DNA from: Synechocystis sp. PCC 6803 substr. PCC-P
GTDB lineage: Bacteria > Cyanobacteriota > Cyanobacteriia > Cyanobacteriales > Microcystaceae
Assembly: GCF_000284455.1 (NCBI RefSeq)
Contig: NC_017039.1
Location: 870,001-902,000 of the forward strand
DNA: 32,000 bases
Reading direction: 5' to 3'
The position numbers and the translations under genes were made by a program. The notes under the pieces were generated by a model. It made no database searches. It was not told the origin of the DNA and saw nothing but the letters and a program-made list of their open reading frames with translations. Shown piece by piece: positions 1-9,191 of this stretch (position 1 is the stretch's first letter; every line of letters begins with the position of its first letter).

Positions 1-3000
1 CATGGGACGACGGAGGCTCACCACAATAAATTGGGCTTGTTGGGCCTGTTTGCGGACCATTTTGGACAGTTTTTCCACATTGGCACCGTCCAAAAACATA
101 TCCACTTCATCAAAGCCATAAAAAGGGGAGGGGCGGTAGCGTTGGAGGGCAAAAATGAAGCTTAGCGCAGTTAAGGATTTCTCTCCACCGGACATGGAAC
201 TGAGGCGACGCACCGGTTTACCTTTGGGGTGGGCCACTAGGTTTAAACCCCCATTAAAAGGATCTTCCGCATCGTCTAATTGTAAGTAGCCGTCCCCATC
301 AGAAAGTTCTGCAAAAATAATCTGAAAGTTTTTATTGACTGCATCAAAAGCATCTTGGAAAGAACGACGACGCAGGGTAGTAAAATTTTCAATCCTGAGG
401 AGTAACTCGGTCCGTTCCCCGGCAATGGTTTGCAACTTTTCTGACAATTCCCCTAGGCGAGCTTCAGTTTTTTCATATTCTTGTAACGCCAGCATATTCA
501 CCGGTTCCATGGCTTCCAAACGTTTTTGACCATTGCGAATGGATCGCTCTAATTCCTCCAAAATATTGGCAAAATCCAAGTTTGCTTCGTCCCGGTCTTG
601 GAGCAGGGGAATTTCCGGCCAGGGATCGGGCAAATCCTGTTCTAATGCTTCCAATTGAGTTTGCAGTTGAGTTAAATTTTCCTGGTATTCCTGTTGATTA
701 GTTTGTAACTTTTCCCATTGCCATTGCTGTTCCTGTTGTTGACTACGGAGCTGGTTAAGCTGAGTTTCTAGACGATCCCTTTCTTGCTTAGTACTACCCA
801 ATTTTTCCGACAGTTTCGCCAACTGAGCTTCCGTGGTTTGGATAGCCCCATTCATTTCCGCCAAAGCTATTTTTAACTGCTCCTGTTCCTGGGCTAGGGT
901 GAGATCCTGAGCTTGATGTTGGGCAATTTTTTCCTGGGCTTGGGCAATTTTTTCCTCTAGGCGTTGGCTACTATTCTGCAAATCCTTGAGGTGATCCTCC
1001 CCCTGGCGTAGGGCTTGCAATTGGCGTTGGTACTCCGCTTCCACGGTACGAATTTGGATCTGGATAGTTTGCCATTGTTGATGGGTTTGGGAAGTTTCCA
1101 AGGCAGTTAATTGTTGCTGAGCGGAGGCTAACTGTTGTTCCAAGGGCGGCAAAGATTGCTGCAACAAAGCTAAATTTTGTTGTAACTCTGCTAGTTTTTG
1201 CTGTTGATTAATTTGTTGTTGATTAATTTGTGTTTGCTGTTGACTGAGGCGTGCTATGTCTCGTTCCGTTTGTTCTCCGTGAAGTTGTGCTTCCCGTTGT
1301 TGTTGCCGCATTTCCATCAACTGTTGAGTTAACTGCCTACTACGAACTGTTCTTTCTAGCAATAACTCTTCGTTACGGCCTTGGACTTGCTGAATGTCCT
1401 GTAACCGTTGACGCAACTGTTTCACTTCTGCCGTATCTTCACTGACCATGGTGCCGAACCGTAGTCCTGAGCGTTGGTTGCGACTGCCGCCACTCATGGC
1501 TCCACTGGCTTCTAGTAAATCTCCCTCTAGGGTGACAATGCGATGCTTGCCCAGGTGGTTGCGGGCGTTAACTAAGGTGTCAAAAACGATGGTATTGCCA
1601 AAGATAAAAGCAAAAATGTCGGCGTAACGGCGATCGCCGTCGATTAAATTCACTGCCAGGTCAATGTAACCATGGGCATAACTAAGGTTGGGATTTTGAC
1701 CCTTGGGAGGACGAATTTTATTCAGGGGTAAAAAAGTGGCCCGTCCTGCTTTGGCCTGTTTGAGGATTTCAATGCCCGCCGCCGCCACACCATCATCTTC
1801 CACAACAAGAAAACCCAAACGGCCCCCGGCCGCAATTTCCAGAGCCAGTTGATATTGGGGCTCCACCTGACCCAATTGGGCCACTAAACCGCAGACCCCG
1901 GGTAAATCCGACTGCAAAATCACTTTGGTGGCGTAGGTGCCCTGCACTTCCTGCTGAGCTTGACTAGCCGCTTCTAATTTGTCCAATTGCCGTTGTTTTT
2001 CCTGTTGTTCTTTGAGCAGGCGGGTTTGGGTTTCCTGTAGCAAACTCCGTTCCTGTTCCAGTTGGGCCAAATCGCTGGCCAGAGTTTGAATCTGACTGGT
2101 TAGTGCTTCTCCCTGGAAGTTGAACTGCCCTTGGGCAAACTGTTTTTCTTCCAACTCAACAGAAACCTTTGTGAGCAGAGGGGTTAATTCAGCCAAATTG
2201 GTTAGCAATTGTTGTTGGCGTTCCTCTAGCTGGGCCAACTGACTGCGTTGGGGGATTAACTCGTCTTGTAATTGGTTGACAGTGCGGCTGAGTTGGGTTT
2301 GTTCCTGTACCCATGCTTCGGAAGCGGAGGCGATCGCCTGGGCCTGGTGCCGGAGTTGCTCCAACTGTTGCTGACTGGTCTGCACTGCGGCTTCTAGCTG
2401 GGGCAGGGTTTGGGTGTTATGGAAGGATTTTTCCTGTTGAATGTGCAAAAACTGCTGTTGACTCTGGCTAATTTCCGCCTGGATTTGCCCCACCTGTTGT
2501 TGGTGATTGGTAATTTGGCGATCGCCGTCGTTATAACGTTGCTGGAGTTGGTCCCGTTGGGCTTTTTGGGTGGCCAACTGGGCCGCCACGGCCAATTGTT
2601 CCTCTTCCCCCAGGGCCTTGACCTGGGCATTGAGCTTTTCCAACTCTGTTTGCTGAGTTTGAATGGCTTGACTGCGTTGGTCTAGGGCTTGCTGAATTTG
2701 CTGGGATTGTTCTCGATCCCGCTCCAATTGTCCCCATAGCTTTTGCCGTTGTTGCTCCACTGCTTTGTACTGAATAACCTTGGCCCACCCTTGCTTTTCC
2801 TGTACCTGTTGCCGCAGGGCCTGGTATTTTTCTGCCTTCTGGCGATCGGCCGCCAACCGTTCCAAAGTGCGCTCCAACTCCGTCGCAATAATTTGACAGC
2901 GTTCTTCCCGGTCTTGCACCTCCGTCAAAGTCTCCTTGGTTTTAACAATTTTGCGGTCAAATTCCGCTACCCCCGCCAACTCATCGATGATTTCCCGGCG

Positions 3001-3525
3001 CTCCTTGGAGTTCATGGTGATAATGCGGGTCACATCCCCCTGGAGCACAATGTTGTAGCCCTCTGGGTAAATGCGCAGTTCATTTAATTGTTCATGGAGT
3101 TCCGTGACGGTGGCTGTCTCCCCATTGATGTAATAGTTGGAGGAATAATTGCCCCCTTTGGTCACCTTCAGGCGACGGGTAACAGTCCATTCCTTAGAAA
3201 TTTTTGCTCCGTTGCCGTTGCCATTATGGTTAGCCCCTGGCTCGGATAGGTTTTCCCCATCATGCAATTCAAAGGTGACTGACACACTAGCTTCGGAACT
3301 GCCCCGGTTCCCCTTGAAAGTGTTATTGACCAAATCCGGTAGTCGTTCAGCCCGCATGCCCTTGGAAGTGGCTAACCCCAAACAAAATAGCAATGCATCG
3401 AGGATATTTGACTTGCCCGAACCATTGGGCCCAGACACCACCGTAAACCCCGGCAAAAAAGGAATGGCGGTGGTTCCCCCAAAGGATTTGAAATGGGATA
3501 GTTCGATGCGCTTGACATAAACCAT
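1..3525 (-). CDS. smc: Chromosome segregation ATPase SMC; the start codon is in the window and the last ~20-30 codons run off the left edge
   Basis: The ORF is absent from the track because it is open at the window edge. Reverse complement from the ATG at 3525 reads MVYVKRIELSHFKSFGGTTAIPFLPGFTVVSGPNGSGKSNILDALLFCLG (Walker A). Reverse complement of 1441-1500 reads AMSGGSRNQRSGLRFGTMVS (hinge end). Reverse complement of 1-210 reads MSGGEKSLTALSFIFALQRYRPSPFYGFDEVDMFLDGANVEKLSKMVRKQAQQAQFIVVSLRRPM (signature motif plus Walker B). All three segments are in one frame, with Q/E/L-rich coiled-coil sequence between them. Confidence 0.95.
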   Translation of the reverse strand, partial: MVYVKRIELSHFKSFGGTTAIPFLPGFTVVSGPNGSGKSNILDALLFCLGLATSKGMRAERLPDLVNNTFKGNRGSSEASVSVTFELHDGENLSEPGANHNGNGNGAKISKEWTVTRRLKVTKGGNYSSNYYINGETATVTELHEQLNELRIYPEGYNIVLQGDVTRIITMNSKERREIIDELAGVAEFDRKIVKTKETLTEVQDREERCQIIATELERTLERLAADRQKAEKYQALRQQVQEKQGWAKVIQYKAVEQQRQKLWGQLERDREQSQQIQQALDQRSQAIQTQQTELEKLNAQVKALGEEEQLAVAAQLATQKAQRDQLQQRYNDGDRQITNHQQQVGQIQAEISQSQQQFLHIQQEKSFHNTQTLPQLEAAVQTSQQQLEQLRHQAQAIASASEAWVQEQTQLSRTVNQLQDELIPQRSQLAQLEERQQQLLTNLAELTPLLTKVSVELEEKQFAQGQFNFQGEALTSQIQTLASDLAQLEQERSLLQETQTRLLKEQQEKQRQLDKLEAASQAQQEVQGTYATKVILQSDLPGVCGLVAQLGQVEPQYQLALEIAAGGRLGFLVVEDDGVAAAGIEILKQAKAGRATFLPLNKIRPPKGQNPNLSYAHGYIDLAVNLIDGDRRYADIFAFIFGNTIVFDTLVNARNHLGKHRIVTLEGDLLEASGAMSGGSRNQRSGLRFGTMVSEDTAEVKQLRQRLQDIQQVQGRNEELLLERTVRSRQLTQQLMEMRQQQREAQLHGEQTERDIARLSQQQTQINQQQINQQQKLAELQQNLALLQQSLPPLEQQLASAQQQLTALETSQTHQQWQTIQIQIRTVEAEYQRQLQALRQGEDHLKDLQNSSQRLEEKIAQAQEKIAQHQAQDLTLAQEQEQLKIALAEMNGAIQTTEAQLAKLSEKLGSTKQERDRLETQLNQLRSQQQEQQWQWEKLQTNQQEYQENLTQLQTQLEALEQDLPDPWPEIPLLQDRDEANLDFANILEELERSIRNGQKRLEAMEPVNMLALQEYEKTEARLGELSEKLQTIAGERTELLLRIENFTTLRRRSFQDAFDAVNKNFQIIFAELSDGDGYLQLDDAEDPFNGGLNLVAHPKGKPVRRLSSMSGGEKSLTALSFIFALQRYRPSPFYGFDEVDMFLDGANVEKLSKMVRKQAQQAQFIVVSLRRPM

Positions 3526-3719
3526 GGAGGTTGGGGACGGGGTAATCCAGGCCCTCCCAATCCTGACAGTGGCAAGGCCCAGCGGCTCAATATATGCCTA
3601 ATATACGACGCTTGGCGATCGCCATTGGCCGGAAACTGCCCAGGGACTAATGCAGGTAGAGGGCGTTGGCAAGGGTACTTTGCACTGGACGAGGATACAT
3701 GGGGGACAAGTTTCCCCTT

Positions 3720-4805
3720 TTAAAACAGTTGCCAATCCGTTGAGCCCAATTGTTGCAAATTCTCTAACCGACGTTTGAAGTAACTGCCGTGGAGCCGACT
3801 GTAATCCGATAGCTTCAGGGTTTGTACATGGATGGCCCAAGACCAGATGAAAGCCGTTTGGGTCAAGGCCTGCAAGGAGTTTTCCTCCAGAACTGTCAAA
3901 GGAGCAATGGAGTTATAACCGCTTAAAAAAGCATCCCGAATATTACGTCCCAGGCCCGATTGCATGGAAACCTGTAGAAATTTAGCAATGTCGAAGGCTC
4001 GCCAACCCATGCCACACTGGTCAAAATCAAACAGCATCATCTGGTCTTCAGCAGTGAAATGGACATTGCCGCTGTGGGGGTCCCCCCAACAAATAGTCCA
4101 ATAGGGGGTGTGGGTGGGAATGGATGTGAGCTGGGTTTTAATCGCCATGGAAATGTCGATCAGACAACGCCATTCTTCCAGCCGGTGGTGCAGAAAAGGG
4201 GCAATGGTATGGAGAGAATCATCCAACAGATAGCTGAGGGTGAGGGGAGGACGGTGGGCAGAAGGCTTGAACCGTTGGGCTGTTTGGTGCAGTTGAGCTA
4301 ACATTTCCCCCAACAAAAAGCCTTGAGTTTTGCTCAAATCCCCGATCGCCACCCCCCCGGGAGCATAGGGAAACAAACTGGCATAGCGCTTACCTTCTGG
4401 GGCATTAATCTCCAGGGCATAACCCCCATCCCGATGCCTGAGGGGGGCCGCCACCGGCACATCCCGGTCCGCTAAAAAATTGAGCAACTCCAACTCAAAC
4501 TGAATTTCACTTTCGGTGCGCCAATGTTGGTGGGAAATACGCAAAATGTAATCGTCCGCTAGGGTCTCCACCAAGTACACATCGCTCAAACCCCGATGCC
4601 AAAATCGACAGCCTTTGGGCACTTCAATGTCGTAATGCTTAAACACCAAATTGGTTAGGGCATGGGGAGCTAAGGTGGAATAAACACTGGGAAAAGCGTC
4701 CCCCGCTACTGTTGATTTTGGGGCCGGATTGGGAGCCGGAAAATCCACCACTGGATTAATGTCCGGTAGGGCAGAAAGGGATCGGAGTAGTTGCAGGGGG
4801 GGCAT
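3720..4805 (-). CDS. Phosphotransferase of the aminoglycoside/choline/homoserine-kinase-like (APH) fold; substrate unknown
   Basis: 361-aa ORF with a catalytic-loop-like WGDPHSGNVHF and the metal-binding DFDQCG motif typical of the APH/ChoK kinase family. It runs in the same direction as smc, upstream of it. Confidence 0.75.
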   Translation of the reverse strand: MPPLQLLRSLSALPDINPVVDFPAPNPAPKSTVAGDAFPSVYSTLAPHALTNLVFKHYDIEVPKGCRFWHRGLSDVYLVETLADDYILRISHQHWRTESEIQFELELLNFLADRDVPVAAPLRHRDGGYALEINAPEGKRYASLFPYAPGGVAIGDLSKTQGFLLGEMLAQLHQTAQRFKPSAHRPPLTLSYLLDDSLHTIAPFLHHRLEEWRCLIDISMAIKTQLTSIPTHTPYWTICWGDPHSGNVHFTAEDQMMLFDFDQCGMGWRAFDIAKFLQVSMQSGLGRNIRDAFLSGYNSIAPLTVLEENSLQALTQTAFIWSWAIHVQTLKLSDYSRLHGSYFKRRLENLQQLGSTDWQLF

Positions 4806-4845
4806 GGGGTCAAGGGGAGTGGTGAGGATGCAAAGCCGTCTCCTT

Positions 4846-4887
4846 TAGCTTAGAAAGGGAGGAGAAGGGGCTCCGTATTCTAAGCTA
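4846..4887. repeat. 10-bp perfect inverted repeat (TAGCTTAGAA ... TTCTAAGCTA) in the divergent intergenic region
   Basis: The arms are at 4846-4855 and 4878-4887, separated by 22 nt that contain an inner GGAG...CTCC complement. It lies between the minus-strand kinase-like gene (start 4805) and the plus-strand TerB-like gene (start 4948). Confidence 0.8.
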
Positions 4888-4947
4888 CACTTCAGTTAGA
4901 GTTTGATTTAAATATCTGATGACCGCATAGTTGCCCAGGGAAAAATC

Positions 4948-5616
4948 ATGGCCAATCGTACCCAAAGTCGTTACACCGATGTCCAAATTGCCACTTGGTT
5001 GAGGGGACTGCTGACCATTGCCTGGAGTGATGGGGACTTTGATGAATCGGAGCAACAAATGATCACCGGCCTCACCCAGGAGATGGGTTTTGGCAACAAG
5101 GAAGATGAGGTTCTATTCAAGACCATTACCCCGGCGGAATTACTAGAAGGCTTGGGGGACGACAAGGAAACGGCGGAAAACTTTCTCCGCACAGCGGTGT
5201 TGGTGGCGATCGCCGATGGCCTTTATTCCCCGGTGGAAGGAGAGCTATTGCGGGAATTTAGTCAAGCCCTGGGGATAAAAATTGACGCTTTGGAGTCATT
5301 AGAACATACCATCTGTGATCCCAACGGCGATCGAACCGAAATGGAGGAACATCCCCATCCCGATTTACTTCACCCCGTCAAGGATTGGCTGGACGGCATG
5401 GCCATCCACGATCCTCGTTTGGCCCATTTCATTTGTCATCTGGTGCCCCCCCAATGTCCCTTCGAGCGGGATGTTAAACTGTTTGGGCGCAAAATTGTTC
5501 ATATTCCCCCTCTGTGCAAACTAAATCCTCTGTATGAACAGTTAATTGGTCTGAGGTTCCGGGCCCTTTCCTACCTGGCCGATGACTGCCAAGAGGACAT
5601 CACGCCCTATATTTGA
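4948..5616 (+). CDS. Two-domain protein: N-terminal TerB-like domain fused to a C-terminal 'Mo-dependent nitrogenase C-terminal' type domain
   Basis: 222-aa ORF. The N-terminal half has TerB-like repeats (TIAWSDGDFDESEQQMI; LVAIADGLYSPVEGELL). The C-terminal half (DWLDGMAIHDPRLAHFICHLVPPQCPFERDVKLFGRKIVHIPPLCKLNPLYEQLIGLRFRAL) resembles the Mo-nitro_C family as I recall it. The domain names are from memory. Confidence 0.6.
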   Translation: MANRTQSRYTDVQIATWLRGLLTIAWSDGDFDESEQQMITGLTQEMGFGNKEDEVLFKTITPAELLEGLGDDKETAENFLRTAVLVAIADGLYSPVEGELLREFSQALGIKIDALESLEHTICDPNGDRTEMEEHPHPDLLHPVKDWLDGMAIHDPRLAHFICHLVPPQCPFERDVKLFGRKIVHIPPLCKLNPLYEQLIGLRFRALSYLADDCQEDITPYI

Positions 5617-5769
5617 ATCCTATTTATTTTTATTGGGTTTTTTATTAGGTCGAATTGTGAGAAACTTTCGGGATTTTTCGGTTGTCGCCTGAGCAATTGC
5701 GCTGATTTGTCTCCGACTCGTTGCGCTTGAAAATTAATGACGTTTAAAAATTAACTATCTCCCCAACTT

Positions 5770-6234
5770 ATGGAAGTGCAATTTCGGGAAGTAAATCCCT
5801 TCGATTTTTGGATTTGGCTAGAATTCGAGACCAATCCTGCCCCGGCGGAACAACAATATGTGGAAGAGTTATTTGCTTCCTGGTTTTATCTCGGCAAACT
5901 AGGGGGTTTTAATGCAGAAAATCTCCAGGTACAGGATACGGGCATTGACCTAAGCTATTTGGACTATGACAGTGCCAATCTTTCTAGTTCCATGATGTCC
6001 CCCATGCACAATATGGCAGACTTCCAATACCAAGACCATTGGGGCCGTTGTTGGTTTGATTTGGGCACCAGCGACCTCATTGCCCTAGATGTGTTGATCA
6101 ACGCACTGTACCAACTTTCCCTCGATTACGTGCCCATTCGCCGTTTAATTGTGGGGGGAATCAACGAAGATTGGCCCGTTGGCGATCGCCAGGACGACCG
6201 CTTCGATCAATTTGAAGATTTTGATCACAATTAG
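5770..6234 (+). CDS. Conserved hypothetical protein (DUF3531-like, cyanobacteria/plastid lineage)
   Basis: 154-aa acidic ORF (FWIWLEFETNPAPAEQQYVEELFASWFYLGKLGGFNAENLQVQ). The family assignment is from recollection only. Confidence 0.6.
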   Translation: MEVQFREVNPFDFWIWLEFETNPAPAEQQYVEELFASWFYLGKLGGFNAENLQVQDTGIDLSYLDYDSANLSSSMMSPMHNMADFQYQDHWGRCWFDLGTSDLIALDVLINALYQLSLDYVPIRRLIVGGINEDWPVGDRQDDRFDQFEDFDHN

Positions 6235-6262
6235 GTTTTCTCTGTCCCCATCATTTTCCCCT

Positions 6263-7552
6263 ATGTATCCATCCTCGTCCCCGGGCCATCGGCAATATTT
6301 CCTGGGAGTAAAATCTAGCTTACCTCTGCTCTGGCTGATGGTTTTCCCTGCCCTAATTGGTGGGGTCTTGAATATTAATCCGGTGCAGGCCCAGGGCACT
6401 CCCTATATTCCCCCGCCCATTACCCCGCCTCCCCTTAGCCCCAGCGAAAATCCCTTTGACCCCAGCCTTTTTCCCACGGATCCCCTGATTCCTTCTGGGG
6501 AAACCCTCACGCCTTTGCAACGGCGACGACTAATCGAAGCCCTAGATGCGTTAGAAGCTGAGGCTTTGGTGTTGGATCAGGCAGGACAGGGGGACCAGGC
6601 TTTTGAGGTACGTTACCGCAGTTTACGGGGGCGACAACGGTTGGGGGATTTGGCCGAGGTTGAGGCCCTGGGACGCATTGGGGCGATCGCCTGGGAACAA
6701 GGCCGTAACCAAGATGTAATGGCCATCGGTCAGCGTTTGGAAGATTTACAACTTTCCCTGACCAAGGACAAGGCCATGAGCCCGGAACTGTTAACAGCCT
6801 TTGCCAAAGCCTATGGCCAGCTCCACAGTCTCGACTCGGCGATCGCCGTTTATCAGCAAATGCGTCGGGAAGCCCAGCAACAGGGGGATTACCGCCGGGA
6901 AAACCAAGCCCTCTCCATGTTGGGGGAACTGTATCTAGCTAAATTTAACTACCCCGCCGCCGCTGAGGTTTATGAAACCCTTCTAGCCAGGGCCACCAAT
7001 GCCCGTAACAGTTATTACGAAGGCATTTACTTGCAAAAACTAGGGGAAATTTATCAACAGTCTGCCCAGCCCGACAATGCTATTCGTATCAAAGAGCAAC
7101 TGGTGCAAAGAAGATTGCAGGACGGTAAACCGGAATTGGTGCCCGATATCCAGATTGCCATTGGGGACCATTACCTAGAACTGGAACAGCCAGAAAATGC
7201 CAGCCAAGCCTATCAAAAGGCCTACACCCTAGCTTGGTCTATTAAACAATTGAGCACAGCGGCGATCGCCTTGGATAAACTGGGGGATTTGTATCTGTTC
7301 AGTGAACAACCCAACTATGCTCTACAAATTTATAAACAACTTTTGCAGGTACAACAACAGTCCTATAACTATTACGGCATGATGATTACCTACGAAAAAA
7401 TTGCCCAACTTTACATAGATGCCCAGCAAACCAGCGCAGCTTTAACCGCCTATCAACAGGCGTTATCCTTGGCCCGCTCTCTCAAATATAGTACCAAAGA
7501 AAATAATATTCTTAATCAAATACAAACTATTTCTGGGGGCACTGGGTCATAG
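6263..7552 (+). CDS. Secreted/periplasmic TPR-repeat protein
   Basis: The ORF-track start at 6149 overlaps the previous gene by 86 nt. The internal ATG at 6263 gives MYPSSSPGHRQYFLGVKSSLPLLWLMVFPALIGGVLNINPVQAQG, a signal-peptide-like N-terminus. This is followed by a Pro-rich linker and repeated A/Y/L TPR-like units (AxxAYQKAY, ALQIYKQLL, ALTAYQQAL). Confidence 0.8.
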   Translation: MYPSSSPGHRQYFLGVKSSLPLLWLMVFPALIGGVLNINPVQAQGTPYIPPPITPPPLSPSENPFDPSLFPTDPLIPSGETLTPLQRRRLIEALDALEAEALVLDQAGQGDQAFEVRYRSLRGRQRLGDLAEVEALGRIGAIAWEQGRNQDVMAIGQRLEDLQLSLTKDKAMSPELLTAFAKAYGQLHSLDSAIAVYQQMRREAQQQGDYRRENQALSMLGELYLAKFNYPAAAEVYETLLARATNARNSYYEGIYLQKLGEIYQQSAQPDNAIRIKEQLVQRRLQDGKPELVPDIQIAIGDHYLELEQPENASQAYQKAYTLAWSIKQLSTAAIALDKLGDLYLFSEQPNYALQIYKQLLQVQQQSYNYYGMMITYEKIAQLYIDAQQTSAALTAYQQALSLARSLKYSTKENNILNQIQTISGGTGS

Positions 7553-7579
7553 ATTTTATTCACAAATTTTTGATTAACC

Positions 7580-8776
7580 ATGGCGAATTCTGAACAGGCC
7601 TATTGGTTAGCCTGGAGTCAGGTTAAGGGAGTAGGGCCAGTGTTGCTCAAGCGACTGGCCCAACACTTTGAATTATTGGAAAATGCCTGGAAAGCGAGAC
7701 CGATCGCCCTGGGAGAAGTGGAGGGTTTTGGCCATAAAATGATTGAGAAAATTATTGGGCAAAGAAACAATCTCAATCCGTTTCAATTTTTAGAAGAACA
7801 TCAACAAAAAAATCCCCAATTTCTCACCCCCGATGACCCGGACTATCCCCGCTTACTGTGGGAAATCCCCAGTCCACCGCCGGTGTTGTACTATCTGGGA
7901 CGTCTTGACCACCGGGAAAGTCAAGGACAAATTCCAGGGGTAGGCATTGTGGGCACCCGTTACCCCACCGACCACGGGAGCCGTTGGACAAGGAAAATTA
8001 GCCAAGCCCTGGTCAAATCTGGTTTCACCATTGTTTCTGGCTTAGCCGCTGGCATTGACGCTGACGCCCACAGCAGTTGTTTACGGGTGAACGGAAGGAC
8101 GATCGCCGTTTTAGGCACTGGCTTAGATTTGATTTATCCGCCCCAAAATCGACAATTGTTTGAGCAAATCGCCGCCGAAGGATTGATTTTGAGTGAATAT
8201 CCCGTGGGCAGTAAACCAGAACGGGGTAATTTTCCCGCTCGAAATCGCATCATTGCCGGTCTGAGCAGGGCCGTGTTGGTAATGGAGGCTCCCCCCAAAT
8301 CCGGGGCCTTAATCACCGCCAAGTATGCCAACGAATTTAACCGGGACGTGTTTAGCCTACCCAATTCCCCTGATGTCCAAGAAGCCCACGGTTGCTTAAA
8401 TCTCATCCACAACGGAGCAGAGGTGATTCTGTCGGAAAATCAATTGCTAGCCAGCTTGGGGGCAATACCTTTACTGGATCAAGGGCAAGAACAAAAAATT
8501 CTTCCAGGCGATCGCCAAATTGGTTATCTAGACCAAACCAATGTCCCTACTTTAACCACCGGGGCAAGGGGTAAACAACCTTTGACTGAACCACCGGAGG
8601 ACTTGGAACCAACTTTAAAAAAGATCTTGGCCGCAGTCCAGGAAGAACCCACCGCCCTGGATCAAATTGTTGCCGTCACAGCCTTGGCCATTGGGGATGT
8701 TTCCGCTGGATTACTCCAATTGGAAATTCTTGGTTTAGTCAGCCAGGAACCCGGCATGCGCTACCAAAGACGGTGA
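7580..8776 (+). CDS. dprA: DNA-processing protein DprA (Smf), natural-transformation ssDNA protection/RecA loading
   Basis: 398-aa ORF with the DprA Rossmann-like core GIVGTRYPTDHGSRWTRKISQALVKSGFTIVSGLAAGIDADAH ... FPARNRIIAGLSRAVLVMEAPPKSGALITA and a C-terminal winged-helix-like tail. Confidence 0.9.
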   Translation: MANSEQAYWLAWSQVKGVGPVLLKRLAQHFELLENAWKARPIALGEVEGFGHKMIEKIIGQRNNLNPFQFLEEHQQKNPQFLTPDDPDYPRLLWEIPSPPPVLYYLGRLDHRESQGQIPGVGIVGTRYPTDHGSRWTRKISQALVKSGFTIVSGLAAGIDADAHSSCLRVNGRTIAVLGTGLDLIYPPQNRQLFEQIAAEGLILSEYPVGSKPERGNFPARNRIIAGLSRAVLVMEAPPKSGALITAKYANEFNRDVFSLPNSPDVQEAHGCLNLIHNGAEVILSENQLLASLGAIPLLDQGQEQKILPGDRQIGYLDQTNVPTLTTGARGKQPLTEPPEDLEPTLKKILAAVQEEPTALDQIVAVTALAIGDVSAGLLQLEILGLVSQEPGMRYQRR

Positions 8777-8793
8777 CCATGGGACATCTCCAT

Positions 8794-8827
8794 TAAATAA
8801 ATTAATCCACTAAATAAATTAATCCAC
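8794..8827. repeat. Perfect 17-bp tandem direct repeat (TAAATAAATTAATCCAC x2) at the convergent 3' ends of dprA and the YbjQ-family gene
   Basis: Read directly: copy 1 is 8794-8810 and copy 2 is 8811-8827. Copy 2 contains the stop codon and the last two codons (V-D-stop) of the minus-strand gene. Confidence 0.9.
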
Positions 8828-9145
8828 CGTTACCGCCGTCCCCGTTGCGGTGATTAACAATAATGCTCCCCGGTCGTCAATGTTGATGGTTCCGGTATTT
8901 ACTGCCACCCCAATTACCCCATTGGCTCCCAATTTTTGGGCCCGTTCAGTCAATTCGGCGATCGCCTCTCGGTGGCCTTTTTCAAAAATTTGTTCATAAC
9001 TGCCAGTTCTACCACCAATTAAGTCCCGAATACCCGCGAAAAAATCCCGCAGGGCATTGGTGCCATATACCACTTCGGCGGTGACAATGCCGTGGTAGCG
9101 AGCAATAGTCCGGCCTTGAACAATATCCGTTGTGGAAGTCAGCAT
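8819..9145 (-). CDS. YbjQ/UPF0145 family protein (putative heavy-metal-binding domain)
   Basis: 108-aa ORF: TTDIVQGRTI..YHGIVTAEVVYGTNALRDFFAGIRDLIGGRTGSYEQ...A..EL...A..LGANGVIGV. This is the characteristic YbjQ family pattern. Confidence 0.88.
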   Translation of the reverse strand: MLTSTTDIVQGRTIARYHGIVTAEVVYGTNALRDFFAGIRDLIGGRTGSYEQIFEKGHREAIAELTERAQKLGANGVIGVAVNTGTINIDDRGALLLITATGTAVTVD

Positions 9146-9191
9146 AGTTTTAAGATTCTGTTTTAATAATTTTTAACCTCAAGGTTTATTA

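Noticed and set aside
919-1230. Short direct repeats inside smc: TTGGGCAATTTTTTCCT at 919-935 and 940-956 (21-nt period); GTTGATTAATTTG at 1203-1215 and 1218-1230 (15-nt period)
   Set aside because: The periods are multiples of 3 and encode heptad or pentad repeats (EKIAQAQ.., QQINQ..) of the SMC coiled coil. This is ordinary low-complexity coding repetition, not a regulatory or mobile repeat.
335-3520. Plus-strand ORFs of 64-123 aa (335-529, 1251-1445, 2410-2685, 2743-3087, 3149-3520) and minus-strand off-frame ORFs (2394-2630, 2531-2788, 2682-2888, 3372-3590)
   Set aside because: All lie inside or against the continuous minus-strand smc frame, which I verified at three points. Their translations are low-complexity (Leu/Pro/Arg/Gly-rich) shadow ORFs of the repetitive coiled-coil coding sequence.
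3598-3840. 80-aa minus-strand ORF bridging the kinase-like gene's 3' end and the smc upstream region
   Set aside because: It overlaps the 3' end of the 3720-4805 gene in another frame and has no motifs. The region is more likely the smc promoter/5' UTR.
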